Below are positions 1 through 10,696 of a DNA stretch of 64,000 nucleotides, piece after piece; position 1 is the stretch's first letter, and every line of letters starts with the position of its first letter. Made by a program: the position numbers and the translations under genes. The DNA comes from Myxococcota bacterium (GTDB taxonomy: Bacteria; Myxococcota_A; SURF-8): positions 5,568,001-5,632,000 of the forward strand of contig OZ223209.1 of assembly GCA_965140415.1 (NCBI GenBank), written 5' to 3'. The notes beneath the pieces were generated by a model. It searched no databases and had not been told where the DNA came from. It saw nothing but the letters and a program-made list of their open reading frames with translations.

Positions 1-1914
1 CCTTTGAAATACGTGCATGTGGGCGTGGTTCGTCAAACGGGCGGTCCCGGTTTGTGCGTGGACACCAGCACGGCAGGAGAGCAGAAATCGTTTATTTATC
101 CCGCCGACGAGCCGACCGTAAAATACAGCCTGTCCGACGGCAACTACATGGTGCAGGCCGATGTTCTATATCACGACATCGTACAGGATGTGACTTTCGA
201 GCAGTTACTGGCCGACGACGGCTTCCCCGGCGCGCATCGCATGGCCTGGGGAGACTACAATAACGACGGCTACGACGACCTGCTCTTGTCCGCGTCGAAA
301 CTGTTGCGCAATAATGGCGACGGCAGCTTCACGGATGTCAGCGAACAAGCCGGAGTCTCCAACGTTTCCGGCTATGGCATGTGGGCCGACTACGATAACG
401 ACGGTCACCTGGACTACTATGCCTTCAGTAACGGCAAAACCGAGGCGGATCGTGACCGATTGGTGCACAACAACGGCGACGGCACCTTTTCTCCCGTAAA
501 CGACACGGAAAACGTTCCCTACGATTTCGATCCGACCGAAGCCGTCGGCTGGGCGGACTACGACATGGACGGGCTGGTGGATCTGTACGTGGCCAATTAC
601 GAAAAAACGGATGAAATGAGCACCGGCACACCCGATCACTTGTGGCGCAATCTGGGCGGCGGTCAGTTTCAGGATGTCACGAGACAAGCCGGAGTTTTTA
701 TGGGTTCCAAATGCGGGCGCGGCGTGGCCTGGGCTGATTTCGATAACGACGGCGACCCGGATCTGTACGTGGCCAACTACCGCTTGAACGACAACTTCTT
801 TTTCGTCAATCACGGCGACGGCAGCTTTACCGAAATGGGTTTGGAGTACGGCATCGAAGGCGTGTACCAGCAGGGCGCATTCGGTCACAGCATCGGCGCG
901 GTCTGGGGAGACATCGATAACGACGGTAACCTGGATCTGGTCGTGGGCAACCTAGCGCATCCGCGCTTTATCGATTTCAGCGACAAAACCATGGTCTATC
1001 GCAATTCCGGTCCGCCGGACTATACCTTTACGGATGTCCGCGAAACGGCGGGCATCACCTACTCGGAAACGCATTCCGACCCGTTATTGTTCGACTACGA
1101 TAACGACGGCTGGCTGGATTTGATGATTACGGATATCTACACGGAGTATTTGTCTTTCCTGTATCACAATAACGGCGACTTCACCTTTACCGACGTAAGC
1201 TATGAAACGGGCTTGCATGTACTAAACGGTTGGGGCACCACGGCAGCGGATTATGACCGCGACGGCGATCTGGACGTGGCGACGCGAGCGTTTTTTAAAA
1301 ACAAGCTGAATAACGGTAATCACTGGTTACAGGTACAGGCCACAGGAAGCGGCCTTAGCAATACGGCCTGTATCGGCTGCCGCATCGTTGTCAGCACCGG
1401 CGATCTGGCCCAGATGCGTGAAGTCGAAGGCGGCAAGGGCACGGGTGTGATGAATTCGCTGGTACAGCATTTCGGCCTGGGTGCGGCTCAAACCGTCGAT
1501 CAAGTGACGGTGCACTGGACGGACAAAACCGAAACGACCTTGGAAAACGTTGCTGCCGATCAGCGCCTGCTTGTGGTACAACCAACAGCCGATGGTGACA
1601 TCGATGGCGATGCGGATGGCGATCTGGAGGACGAACAGGAAGCGGAAAACACCATCGATGGCGACAGCATCGCGGACGGCGACCTCGCTTCGGATGGAGA
1701 TGACTCTTCCGACGGCGACACCATGACCGACGGAGATGAATCCGCCGATGGCGATATGACAGCCGATGAAGATGCTTTAGCTGATGGCGATACTCCCGAC
1801 GATGAATCCGACGGCTGCCAGGCGCAGCCGGTTTCGTCTTCGATGTGGCTGATTCTGACGTTATTTTTATTATGGATGAACGGAAAACGGAAACGACATG
1901 ATTACGGTATCTGA
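1..1914 (+). CDS. CRTAC1/ASPIC-UnbV FG-GAP repeat protein (5' truncated by window edge) with DGD-repeat stalk and MYXO-CTERM-like C-terminal anchor
   Basis: Multiple W(G/A)DYDNDGxxDL FG-GAP/VCBS motifs; ASPIC-like ...QMREVEGGKG...QHFGLG; 10 DGD units; ends GC-x-hydrophobic helix-KRKR; frame open from base 1. Confidence 0.85.
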   Translation, partial: PLKYVHVGVVRQTGGPGLCVDTSTAGEQKSFIYPADEPTVKYSLSDGNYMVQADVLYHDIVQDVTFEQLLADDGFPGAHRMAWGDYNNDGYDDLLLSASKLLRNNGDGSFTDVSEQAGVSNVSGYGMWADYDNDGHLDYYAFSNGKTEADRDRLVHNNGDGTFSPVNDTENVPYDFDPTEAVGWADYDMDGLVDLYVANYEKTDEMSTGTPDHLWRNLGGGQFQDVTRQAGVFMGSKCGRGVAWADFDNDGDPDLYVANYRLNDNFFFVNHGDGSFTEMGLEYGIEGVYQQGAFGHSIGAVWGDIDNDGNLDLVVGNLAHPRFIDFSDKTMVYRNSGPPDYTFTDVRETAGITYSETHSDPLLFDYDNDGWLDLMITDIYTEYLSFLYHNNGDFTFTDVSYETGLHVLNGWGTTAADYDRDGDLDVATRAFFKNKLNNGNHWLQVQATGSGLSNTACIGCRIVVSTGDLAQMREVEGGKGTGVMNSLVQHFGLGAAQTVDQVTVHWTDKTETTLENVAADQRLLVVQPTADGDIDGDADGDLEDEQEAENTIDGDSIADGDLASDGDDSSDGDTMTDGDESADGDMTADEDALADGDTPDDESDGCQAQPVSSSMWLILTLFLLWMNGKRKRHDYGI

Positions 1915-4354
1915 AAAATCTCTGTACGATCTCGAATGGGATCGCATCGTTGACTTTCTGGCGGGTTATGCGGCCACCTTGCGCGGACGCGGGGCCTGCC
2001 TTTCGCTTGAAACCTACGACATCCAGGCCGAAGCCGAGTTCGAAATCGAGCGCGTGCGCGAATATCAGGGCCTGTTGGAACAGGAAGACGCGCCTTCACT
2101 GGCGGGTGTCAGTTCGGAAGTGGCCGAACTGGTGGTGCAAACGCAGAAACAGGGCGTGCTTTCCGTGCCGGAGTTGGTGCAGGTCATGCGCACCATCGAG
2201 GCAAGCAATCGCATTTCGCAGCATTTGGCGCATCGCGCGCAGACTGCCCCCCAACTGGCCGAACTGGGAGCCGGGTTAACGGAATTGACCGCCTCGCTCG
2301 ACGCCATTCGCTATGCCGTCGATCCCGGTACGGGAGAACTGCTCGACCGGGCTTCGTCGGAGTTGGGCGGCCTGCGCAAGCGCATGCGTGATCTCAATGG
2401 AAAAGTCAAACGCAAACTCGATTCGATGCTGGACAGCGAACAGTACAAGCCGCTGCTTCGCGATACCTATTACACCGTGCGCGACGATCGCTACGTGCTT
2501 CCAGTGAAGGCGCAGCACAAATCGACAGTCAAAGGCATCGTGCACGGCTCTTCCGGTTCCGGGCAGACCTTGTTCATCGAACCGCGTGAAATGGTGGCGG
2601 TAAACAACGATCTGATGCTGGCCCAGATGGAAGTGGAGCGCGAGGAGCGGCGCATCCTGCGGGATCTGTCTCGCGCCGTAGCAGATGAGGGCCGGATCGT
2701 TCTGGCGAACATGGACACGCTGACGCGACTGGACGTGGTGCAGGCCAAGGCGGCCATGGCGGAAGTGCTCGACTGCCTGCCGCCGAAACTGACCACAGAC
2801 ACCCTGCTTAAACTACCGGATGCGCGTCATCCGCTGTTATTGATGAAAGGTACGCAGGTCGTTTCCAACGATCTGTACGTCGGCGAGGATTTCCGCGCCC
2901 TGATCCTTACCGGAGCCAACACCGGCGGTAAAACGGTGGCGCTTAAAACCATGGGACTGCTGACCATGATGGCCTGGTGCGGCATGCTGATCCCCGCCGG
3001 GCCGGATGCCGTTGTGGGACGTTTCGAGCATATTCACGCCGTGATGGGAGACGAGCAGTCGCTCTCCGACGATCTCTCCACCTTCTCGGCCAATATCCTG
3101 AAATTGAACTCGGTCGTGCAGTCCTGCAATAAGCGCTCGCTGGTATTGCTGGATGAAATCGTGGTCGGCACCGATCCGCGTCAGGGAGCGGCGCTGGCAC
3201 AGGCCATCGTCGAAGGCATCGCAGATAGCGGTTCCTGCCTGGTGGTAACGACCCACTACGAACGACTCAAGCGCCTGGCCTATGCAAGAAGCGATTGCGC
3301 CAATGCCGCTGTGGGTCTATCCGACGAGACCCTCAAACCGACCTACCGCATCACCATCGGCGTTCCGGGCGTTTCCGCCGCTTTCAACATCGCCTCCGAG
3401 TTAGGCGTGCAGGCCGCCATCATCAGTCGCGCCCAGGATTTGATGAAGGGGGAAAACGACGAACTGGACGAGATGGTCGGACGCCTGCAAGAGGAGTTGG
3501 AACGGCAGCGCGAGGAAGTACGGCGGCTTTCGGAAATGAAGCGCGAAGTGGAAATTGCACGCGAAACCTATAAACGCAAGCTGCGGTTACTGGAAACGCG
3601 CGAACGAGAGGAAGCCCTGGCGCGGCACAAGGATGTGCTTGAAGAGATCGGCCAGGCGCGTGAAACGGTGCGCGAAATGATCCGCACTTTGCAACGTGGC
3701 GCGGACATGGCGCAAGCCGGAGAAGCGGCGAAAAAATTGCAGGAGATGGAAAAGCAGGCCCAGCAGAATATCGAGCAGGAACGCGCCGCCATCGAACGCG
3801 ACCGCCCCAAGGAAGAAAAAGCAAAGCAGAAAAAGGCACGCAAATCCTTGAAATCGGAGCACCTTATTGCAGATACCCCGGTGTTTATCGAGAATCTGGC
3901 GCAAAAAGGCGTGGTGGTCGAACCACCCGACAAGCGCGGGCTGGTGCTGGTGGAAGTGGGACGGCTGAAAATGCGCATCCCTGCTGAACGGCTGCAATCG
4001 CTATTGCCCGGAGAAGTGGCCGTCACCGACCGCTCGAAAAACAAGTTGCGCGATGCATTGGCAGCGGCGCGGCAGGAATCCGCTTCCGGTCCCGGTGGTC
4101 GCGAAGAGCGCTTGACTTTGGACTTGCGCGGTGAGCGCGTGGAAGAGGCGCTGGATCGAACGGAATCCTTCCTGGATCTGGCATATCGTTCCAATTCGCC
4201 CTTTGTCTACATCATTCACGGCCATGGCACCGGCAGACTCAAAGCGGCATTGCGCAACTATTTCAGGGACAGTCACTACGTCAAGAGCTACCGCCCCGGC
4301 GAACGTGGCGAAGGCCAGGACGGCGTCACGGTGGTTATGTTGCGGGATAAGTAG
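1898..4354 (+). CDS. mutS2: MutS2 family ATPase with C-terminal Smr domain
   Basis: Walker A TGANTGGKT, DEQSL..LSTFS, LVLLDE, TTHY; coiled coil; KOW; Smr LDLRGERVEEA...IIHGHGTG. Confidence 0.95.
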   Translation: MITVSEKSLYDLEWDRIVDFLAGYAATLRGRGACLSLETYDIQAEAEFEIERVREYQGLLEQEDAPSLAGVSSEVAELVVQTQKQGVLSVPELVQVMRTIEASNRISQHLAHRAQTAPQLAELGAGLTELTASLDAIRYAVDPGTGELLDRASSELGGLRKRMRDLNGKVKRKLDSMLDSEQYKPLLRDTYYTVRDDRYVLPVKAQHKSTVKGIVHGSSGSGQTLFIEPREMVAVNNDLMLAQMEVEREERRILRDLSRAVADEGRIVLANMDTLTRLDVVQAKAAMAEVLDCLPPKLTTDTLLKLPDARHPLLLMKGTQVVSNDLYVGEDFRALILTGANTGGKTVALKTMGLLTMMAWCGMLIPAGPDAVVGRFEHIHAVMGDEQSLSDDLSTFSANILKLNSVVQSCNKRSLVLLDEIVVGTDPRQGAALAQAIVEGIADSGSCLVVTTHYERLKRLAYARSDCANAAVGLSDETLKPTYRITIGVPGVSAAFNIASELGVQAAIISRAQDLMKGENDELDEMVGRLQEELERQREEVRRLSEMKREVEIARETYKRKLRLLETREREEALARHKDVLEEIGQARETVREMIRTLQRGADMAQAGEAAKKLQEMEKQAQQNIEQERAAIERDRPKEEKAKQKKARKSLKSEHLIADTPVFIENLAQKGVVVEPPDKRGLVLVEVGRLKMRIPAERLQSLLPGEVAVTDRSKNKLRDALAAARQESASGPGGREERLTLDLRGERVEEALDRTESFLDLAYRSNSPFVYIIHGHGTGRLKAALRNYFRDSHYVKSYRPGERGEGQDGVTVVMLRDK

Positions 4355-4389
4355 GAGCACATAAAACAACTTCCTTGCAGGGAGATCAG

Positions 4390-5028
4390 ATGACGAGGCG
4401 GGAAGCGCGGGAAAAGATGGTGGCGCGTCAGATCGCCGGGCGGGATGTCCGCGACGAGCGCGTATTGGACGCCCTACGACGCATCAAGCGACATCTCTAT
4501 GTTCCACAGGCTCACCAGGAAAGCGCCTACGAAGACCGCCCCTTGCCGATCGGTTACGACCAAACGATTTCCCAGCCGTACATCGTGGCCAAAATGACGG
4601 AACTGTTGCAGTTACAGGGAACGGAACGTGTGCTGGAAATCGGTACCGGCTCGGGGTATCAGTCTGCGGTGCTGGCGGAATTGGCCAACGAGGTGTACAG
4701 CATCGAAATCGTGGAGCCCTTGTATTTACAGGCTCAGAACGTATTGGAAGCACAGGGCTATCCAAACATCCACCTGCGCTGCGGCGACGGTCACCAGGGC
4801 TGGCCGGATGCCGCTCCTTTCGAAGGTATTCTCGTTAGCGCCGCCCCCAAAGCAATTCCCCCGGCGTTATTGGATCAACTCGTTACAGGCGGACGGCTGG
4901 TGATTCCGGTGGGCGACTGGTCGCAGCAACTGCGGGTGATCGTCAAAGCCATCGACGGTCAACACAAACAGCGAACGGTTTTCCCGGTGCGCTTCGTTCC
5001 CATGACGGGAGAGGCGGAAGAAAGCTAG
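4390..5028 (+). CDS. pcm: Protein-L-isoaspartate O-methyltransferase
   Basis: QTISQPYIVA, VLEIGTGSGYQ, GDGHQGWP..APF, VRFVPM; GGAG RBS at 4381. Confidence 0.95.
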   Translation: MTRREAREKMVARQIAGRDVRDERVLDALRRIKRHLYVPQAHQESAYEDRPLPIGYDQTISQPYIVAKMTELLQLQGTERVLEIGTGSGYQSAVLAELANEVYSIEIVEPLYLQAQNVLEAQGYPNIHLRCGDGHQGWPDAAPFEGILVSAAPKAIPPALLDQLVTGGRLVIPVGDWSQQLRVIVKAIDGQHKQRTVFPVRFVPMTGEAEES

Positions 5029-5273
5029 CCCTATTGTGCAGCACGAAATAACATCCAACAGCATTGGACACCACGACACTCTTGAATGCCCTATCGATTC
5101 TAGAGCGGTCCTAGCGATATGCACAATGTCCTCTCCCCATCTTTACAAAAGTTTTACAAGTTTTCCCTTTTTCAACAAACTTCCTTTACATCACTCATGT
5201 AGCCTTGACTCAAGATCAACTTGTTATTCGGGCTTCCCAGCTACGGAACGCCCTTCAACCAAGGAGGAAGGTT

Positions 5274-6821
5274 ATGAAACGAAACATGCTACAATGGTTG
5301 ATGCTGCTGCTTGTGACGGCGCTTGTTGCCTGCTCCGCCAACTCGGTGAACATTTCTTTGGATGGTGACAGCGAGTCCGAGCTGTCTTTAACCGATGGCG
5401 ATGACCTTGTCGCAGACGGTGACAGTTCCGATGGCGATGTTTCCAGCTTGAGTTACGCCATCGTCAGCACGAACCAGAGCAGCTGCTACGATGACTGGAA
5501 CAACATCAGTTGCCCCTCGGCGGGAGAAGCGTTTTTCGGTCAGGACGCCCAGTACGACGGAGCCGGGCCGCTCTACCGCGATAACGGCGACGGTACCGTC
5601 ACGGATCTCGTCACCGGCTTGATGTGGCAACAGGATCCGGGCGAGAAGCAGTACTACGATGAAGCCATCGACGCCGTGACCAGCTTCAAGCTTGCAGGCT
5701 ACACCGACTGGCGCGTACCGACGATCAAGGAATTGTACTCGTTGATTCTCTTCTCCGGGAAGGATGTCGATCCGATGGCAGAGGAAACCGGCAACATGAC
5801 TCCGTTTATCGACGATGACACCTTCGCCTTCTCTTATGGCGACACCAGCACCGGCGATCGCGTGATCGATTCGCAGTGGGTGACCAGCAGCATCTACACC
5901 GATACGGTGATGGGTAACGAAGAATGCTTCTTCGGTGTCAACTTCGCCGATGGTCGTATCAAATGCTACCCGACCAGCAATAAGACCTACTTCGCCATTT
6001 ACGTAAGAGGCGGCAATAACTATGGAAAGAACGATTTCGAAGATAACGGCGACAACACGATCACGGATCACGCTACCGGCTTGATGTGGGCACAACAGGA
6101 CAGCGGTGACACGCTGAACTGGGGCGAGGCGCTCGATTTCTGCGAATCGCTGCAACTGGCCGGCTTCGACGACTGGACGCTACCCGATGTCAAGCAATTG
6201 CAAAGCCTGGTCGATTACAGTCGCAGCCCCGGAAAAACGAACTCCGCCGCCATCGATCCGATCTTTCAAACTACCGAAATCACGAATGAAATGGATGATT
6301 CCGACTACGGTTTTTACTGGAGTCGCACCACTCATGTCAACCAGCAGGGCGGCTCGGATGCAGCCTACGTCTCTTTCGGACGGGCGCTTGGATATATGAA
6401 CGACCACTACATGGATGTACATGGCGCAGGTGCTCAACGCAGCGACCCCAAGTCAGGCAATCCCGAGGATCTTCCGCTTGGCTTCGGACCGCAGGGTGAC
6501 GTTCGCAGAATCTACAACTTTGCGCGTTGCGTACGAAATTCCGGTAGTTTCAATGCCAATCCGGCAGGAAACGATCCCGTGATCGACGGCGACCAGTCGG
6601 TAGTCGATGGAGATGCGCCCGTTGGGCCGACCTCCTGCACCCAGGATTCCGACTGCCTTTCGGCAAGCGCCTGCCCGCCGGATGCCGCGCTGGGTTGTTC
6701 CTGTAGTTCCACGCCGCAGGGCTTATTCTGTGTGCCGGATTGCAACCAGGACAGCGACTGCCCCGAACCGCCGGACGAAACCCTGATCTGCTCGCAGGAT
6801 GGCATGTGCGTGCCGGAATGA
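5274..6821 (+). CDS. DUF1566 (Lcl C-terminal-like) lipoprotein, two DUF1566 domains, Cys-rich tail
   Basis: Lipobox LVAC; two DNGDxTxTDxxTGLMW...DWxxP..(E/Q)L motifs; AGGAGG RBS before ATG 5274. Confidence 0.85.
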   Translation: MKRNMLQWLMLLLVTALVACSANSVNISLDGDSESELSLTDGDDLVADGDSSDGDVSSLSYAIVSTNQSSCYDDWNNISCPSAGEAFFGQDAQYDGAGPLYRDNGDGTVTDLVTGLMWQQDPGEKQYYDEAIDAVTSFKLAGYTDWRVPTIKELYSLILFSGKDVDPMAEETGNMTPFIDDDTFAFSYGDTSTGDRVIDSQWVTSSIYTDTVMGNEECFFGVNFADGRIKCYPTSNKTYFAIYVRGGNNYGKNDFEDNGDNTITDHATGLMWAQQDSGDTLNWGEALDFCESLQLAGFDDWTLPDVKQLQSLVDYSRSPGKTNSAAIDPIFQTTEITNEMDDSDYGFYWSRTTHVNQQGGSDAAYVSFGRALGYMNDHYMDVHGAGAQRSDPKSGNPEDLPLGFGPQGDVRRIYNFARCVRNSGSFNANPAGNDPVIDGDQSVVDGDAPVGPTSCTQDSDCLSASACPPDAALGCSCSSTPQGLFCVPDCNQDSDCPEPPDETLICSQDGMCVPE

Positions 6822-6865
6822 TAAGCATGACGCTAGCGTTTTAACCAATTTCATCCGGTCATACT

Positions 6866-6912
6866 CCGGCACGGTCTTCGATTTCAACTATCGTTGACTG
6901 TGCCGGTTTTTT
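6866..6912 (+). terminator. Probable intrinsic terminator
   Basis: CCGGCACGGTC...GACTGTGCCGG followed by T6, just after the DUF1566 gene. Confidence 0.65.
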
Positions 6913-7176
6913 CTGTTTGCATGGGTTTATGTTCGACACTGGCGGTTAAATAACCCCGTTGTTTCATGGCGCTACAAAAATAAAAAACTTAATTGATAAG
7001 ATTTAATCACAGGGATACTGATCCTGATTTTCAGCCACCTCCTTTTTCTGTTCCTTTCCTTCCCAACCGATCTATGCTAAAATTCTGCAATTCTTAGGGT
7101 AAACCCGACTCCCCGGTTCGATCTGTAGCCTCTGCGTCGAACCGATACGGAACAACCCATTGTGAAAGGGTGCATC

Positions 7177-9312
7177 ATGTGGCGACAAGCCTTGGTATCG
7201 ATTCTTCTTGCTTTTCTGGTTGCAGCTCCGATTGCCTGCTCCAGCTCCGATGATAACAACACCACCGATGGCGATCTGTCTGTGGCGGATCGCTTTATCC
7301 TGGCGCTGAGTTTGCGAAATATGGATGTCGAAGAGGGCGAAGCGCCCGACAGCAGCGACGATGAAAACGCACCGGAATTGAAAGAGGTGCAGTCGCCGTC
7401 GTCCTGGCATCTGACCGAACCCTTTGTGCTGCTGCTCAGGGCAGACGCAAACAGCGCGGAACGGATCGAAGGCGTGATCGTTTCGACGGAAGGAGCCGGA
7501 CGTTATCTGCACATCGAAGCCGATGCGGCAGCGGAAGTGAACGAATACCTGGTCATGATTTCAGGCGCATTGGGCGATTACCCGGAATTGGCCGGGGAGA
7601 GCTTTACTTTGGATCTGGCATTGATCGACAGCGAGGGCCTCATCGGCAACCGCATCAGCATCACCGTCAGCATTTCGGAGGACGATCCTGCCTGCGAAGC
7701 CGGTGCCTGCTGCAACGCCGGAGAATGGGTGACCGAAAACAGTCGTTGCATCTCCGGCGATCTGCAAGCCTGCGCGCGTGCACTTTGTGATGAAAATCAT
7801 GACTGCGTAAACGTGGAAGCCGATGACGGTACCGATTGCGCGCTGGATGGTCAAGCTATCGGCAGCGGGCAGTGTGTCAAAGGCGTATGCCGGTCGGGGG
7901 ATGTCGATGGCGATCTGGATGTGGAGGTCGATGGCGACCTGGATGATGAAATCGAACCGGATAGTCCGGACGGCGATCTGGATGCGGACCTTGAACCGGA
8001 ACTAGAGCCTGAACTGGAACCGGAACTGGAACCCGAATTGGAACCGGAGCTGGAACCGGAGTTGGAGCAGGAACTGGAACCCGAACTAGAACCAGATTTG
8101 GAACCGGAGCTTGAACCCGAGCTTGAACCGGAATTGGAGCCCGAACCGGACGCCGAGCTGGAACTGGGACCCTTCCCGCAGTTAGGGGAGATCGTCATTA
8201 CCGAAATGATGATCCAACCTGAACAGGGAGACGCGACTGGCGGTCAGTGGATCGAATTGCGCAGCATCAACAGTTCTCCCATGCGTCTGGCCGGTTGCGA
8301 GCTGTATCACGACAGCCAACTGTATACGCTGCCCTATGGCGCACAGATCCAGGAATCCCAAACGATCGTGCTTGGCGGCTCGGAGAGTTCCTCGCAAAAC
8401 GGCGGCGCGCCGGTCGATTTCGCCTGGTCGGATTTCCTGCTTTCCGCTACGGGCGCAACAGTCCGCCTGGTTTGCGACGGTGTCGAAATCGATCGCGTAA
8501 TCTATGATTCTCAGTGGCCTTTTTCCTTGGGCGTGGCAATGCAGTTGCACGGCGGTGCTTACCTGGCAGATCAAAATGATTCCGTAGATAACTGGTGCGG
8601 CGCCGAAACACCTTTCGGTTTGGGAGATCTGGGATCACCGGGTCTCGATAACGTCGAATGCTTCGTGATCGACGGCGACATGATTCCCGATGGCGACTCG
8701 ATGGTAGACGGTGATTCCATGGTGGATGGCGACACGATAGTAGACGGCGACACGGGCCCCGCGCAACCGCAGCCCGAAGAATTGGTCATCGTTGAAATGA
8801 TGGTCGATCCGCAAAGCGTCTCGGATCTCATTGGAGAATGGGTGGAAGTGCTCAACGTCACGGATCAAACCTTCGACCTTCAGGGCTGTACCATCAGCCA
8901 CAACAACAACACCACAACCATCGATCAAAGCCTGCCGCTGGCAGCCGGACGCTGGATCGTATTTGGCAACAACAGCGACATCGCCACCAACGGCGGCGTG
9001 GAAGTGGACTTCGACTGGGGAAGCTGGACGCTCTCCAATTCCACATCGGACTACTTCCGAATCAGTTGCGATGGCGGCATGGTCGATACGGTGACGTACA
9101 ACGACAGTTGGATCCTACAGCCAGGGCATTCATGGACGCTGGACCCGGCCTATCAGGATGCCTATCGCAACGACAGCCTACTGGTCTGGTGTTCTTCGCA
9201 ACAGCTTTACCACCAGTCGGCGCTCGGTGACAGCTACGGCACACCGGGCGAAGTGAATGAACTGTGCTTCGAACCCGCCGGCGACACCGATCCTGAAGCC
9301 GCTTTGCGCTGA
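7177..9312 (+). CDS. Lipoprotein with two lamin-tail (LTD)-like domains, EPEL and DGD linkers
   Basis: Lipobox PIAC; two (I/L)VI(T/V)EMM..P....G(Q/E)W(I/V)E domains each ending G(S/T)PG..N. Confidence 0.75.
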   Translation: MWRQALVSILLAFLVAAPIACSSSDDNNTTDGDLSVADRFILALSLRNMDVEEGEAPDSSDDENAPELKEVQSPSSWHLTEPFVLLLRADANSAERIEGVIVSTEGAGRYLHIEADAAAEVNEYLVMISGALGDYPELAGESFTLDLALIDSEGLIGNRISITVSISEDDPACEAGACCNAGEWVTENSRCISGDLQACARALCDENHDCVNVEADDGTDCALDGQAIGSGQCVKGVCRSGDVDGDLDVEVDGDLDDEIEPDSPDGDLDADLEPELEPELEPELEPELEPELEPELEQELEPELEPDLEPELEPELEPELEPEPDAELELGPFPQLGEIVITEMMIQPEQGDATGGQWIELRSINSSPMRLAGCELYHDSQLYTLPYGAQIQESQTIVLGGSESSSQNGGAPVDFAWSDFLLSATGATVRLVCDGVEIDRVIYDSQWPFSLGVAMQLHGGAYLADQNDSVDNWCGAETPFGLGDLGSPGLDNVECFVIDGDMIPDGDSMVDGDSMVDGDTIVDGDTGPAQPQPEELVIVEMMVDPQSVSDLIGEWVEVLNVTDQTFDLQGCTISHNNNTTTIDQSLPLAAGRWIVFGNNSDIATNGGVEVDFDWGSWTLSNSTSDYFRISCDGGMVDTVTYNDSWILQPGHSWTLDPAYQDAYRNDSLLVWCSSQQLYHQSALGDSYGTPGEVNELCFEPAGDTDPEAALR
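7990..8170 (+). repeat. In-frame 12-nt tandem repeat encoding (EPEL)n
   Basis: About 13 degenerate GAACCGGAACTG-type units. Confidence 0.9.
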
Positions 9313-9481
9313 GCTGTTAAAACAGGAGGGTGGGGAATAAAACATTCGGAACAGATTCGCTTTGATTGCGAATTTGCCCGAATTGTGGTAACTTGCCGAT
9401 CATGGGAACGGGGAGAGTTACTGAACGAAAATGAGTTCGACGCTTATCGTCGTACAAACGTGAAGGGGCAGTTGCAGTATT

Positions 9482-10648
9482 ATGTTGTTCAAGCCCACAA
9501 CGAAAAAAGTCGAGAAATTACGCAACGAGCGTAACCTGGATGGCCTACAGAAACTGGTTTCGGCTGACGAAATTGAAATCAAGGTCGCTGCAATCAAAGC
9601 ATTAGGGGACTTGAAAGCCACAATCGCCGCACCGGCGATCATGATGGTCGTGCATCATCCAATCAGTGCCGACGTTCGCGCCGCTTCCGCCCGCGCGTTG
9701 GGACAGATGCAATATAAACCGTCCATCAAGCCGATTATCGACTTGCTTGGCGATGACACCCCGGATGTGCGACGAGCCGCCGGAGAGGCGCTGATGAATA
9801 TCGGCGACGCCGTCATCATTCCGCTGCGCGATCAACTCAACAATTTCATGTACGATTCCGTACGCAAGGGCAGCCGCCTGCTGTTGAAAAACATGGGACC
9901 GCGTGCCACCCAGGCACTATTGGAAGGTTTACAGGGCGAAAGCGACAACATCCGCAAGGAAAGCGCGCTTTTGCTGGGCGAGCTGGGTTCCAAGGAAAGC
10001 CGGAATCTACTGATCAATGCATTGAACGATCGTCGTATTTCCGTGCGCCGAGCCGCAGCCGAAGCGCTGAAGTCGTTTAACTGGCAACCAACTACGGACG
10101 TTTTCGGCGCTCATTACCATATTGCCCACAACGATTTCAAACAGGCGCTGGAAGTCGGCACGAAAGCCATACCGGCTTTCGTAATGTGGCTACAGGATCG
10201 CGATGTGCGGGTGCGACGAAATATCGCAATTGGCCTGCACAAACTGGGCTGGAAACCGACCCGCCGGGAAGAAGTCGCCTTGTTCTGGGCGGCGGCGGGA
10301 AAATTCTCCGAACTGGTCAAACTCGGTCCGGATGCGACTGATATTCTAATCCGGCTGCTTAGCGACGGCAGCATTCGAGTGAAGAAAGCGGCGGCCAAAA
10401 GCCTGCGCCAACTCGGGGTTCCCCCACATGTAAAGAAACTGGTGCAGGATATCGAACAGATGTCCGACTACACCTACTTCAAGTTGCAGAACGGAACATT
10501 CAATCTGGAAGAAATCAGCTTGAATGCGTCGCATCACAATGGTAAGTATTACTTACTGAAGGTGGCAGACTGCGATGAGGCGCAAATCCAATACGTACTG
10601 GATATGTATCCAGACGCCAAAGTCATCGACGAAACCCAGGCCATCTAG
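9482..10648 (+). CDS. HEAT/PBS-lyase repeat protein
   Basis: Repeated L.D....VRRAAAEAL motifs. Confidence 0.85.
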   Translation: MLFKPTTKKVEKLRNERNLDGLQKLVSADEIEIKVAAIKALGDLKATIAAPAIMMVVHHPISADVRAASARALGQMQYKPSIKPIIDLLGDDTPDVRRAAGEALMNIGDAVIIPLRDQLNNFMYDSVRKGSRLLLKNMGPRATQALLEGLQGESDNIRKESALLLGELGSKESRNLLINALNDRRISVRRAAAEALKSFNWQPTTDVFGAHYHIAHNDFKQALEVGTKAIPAFVMWLQDRDVRVRRNIAIGLHKLGWKPTRREEVALFWAAAGKFSELVKLGPDATDILIRLLSDGSIRVKKAAAKSLRQLGVPPHVKKLVQDIEQMSDYTYFKLQNGTFNLEEISLNASHHNGKYYLLKVADCDEAQIQYVLDMYPDAKVIDETQAI

Positions 10649-10696
10649 TACGCAAACGAACCATTTCATTTCATGCAAGCGCAAAGGAGAAAGCCG

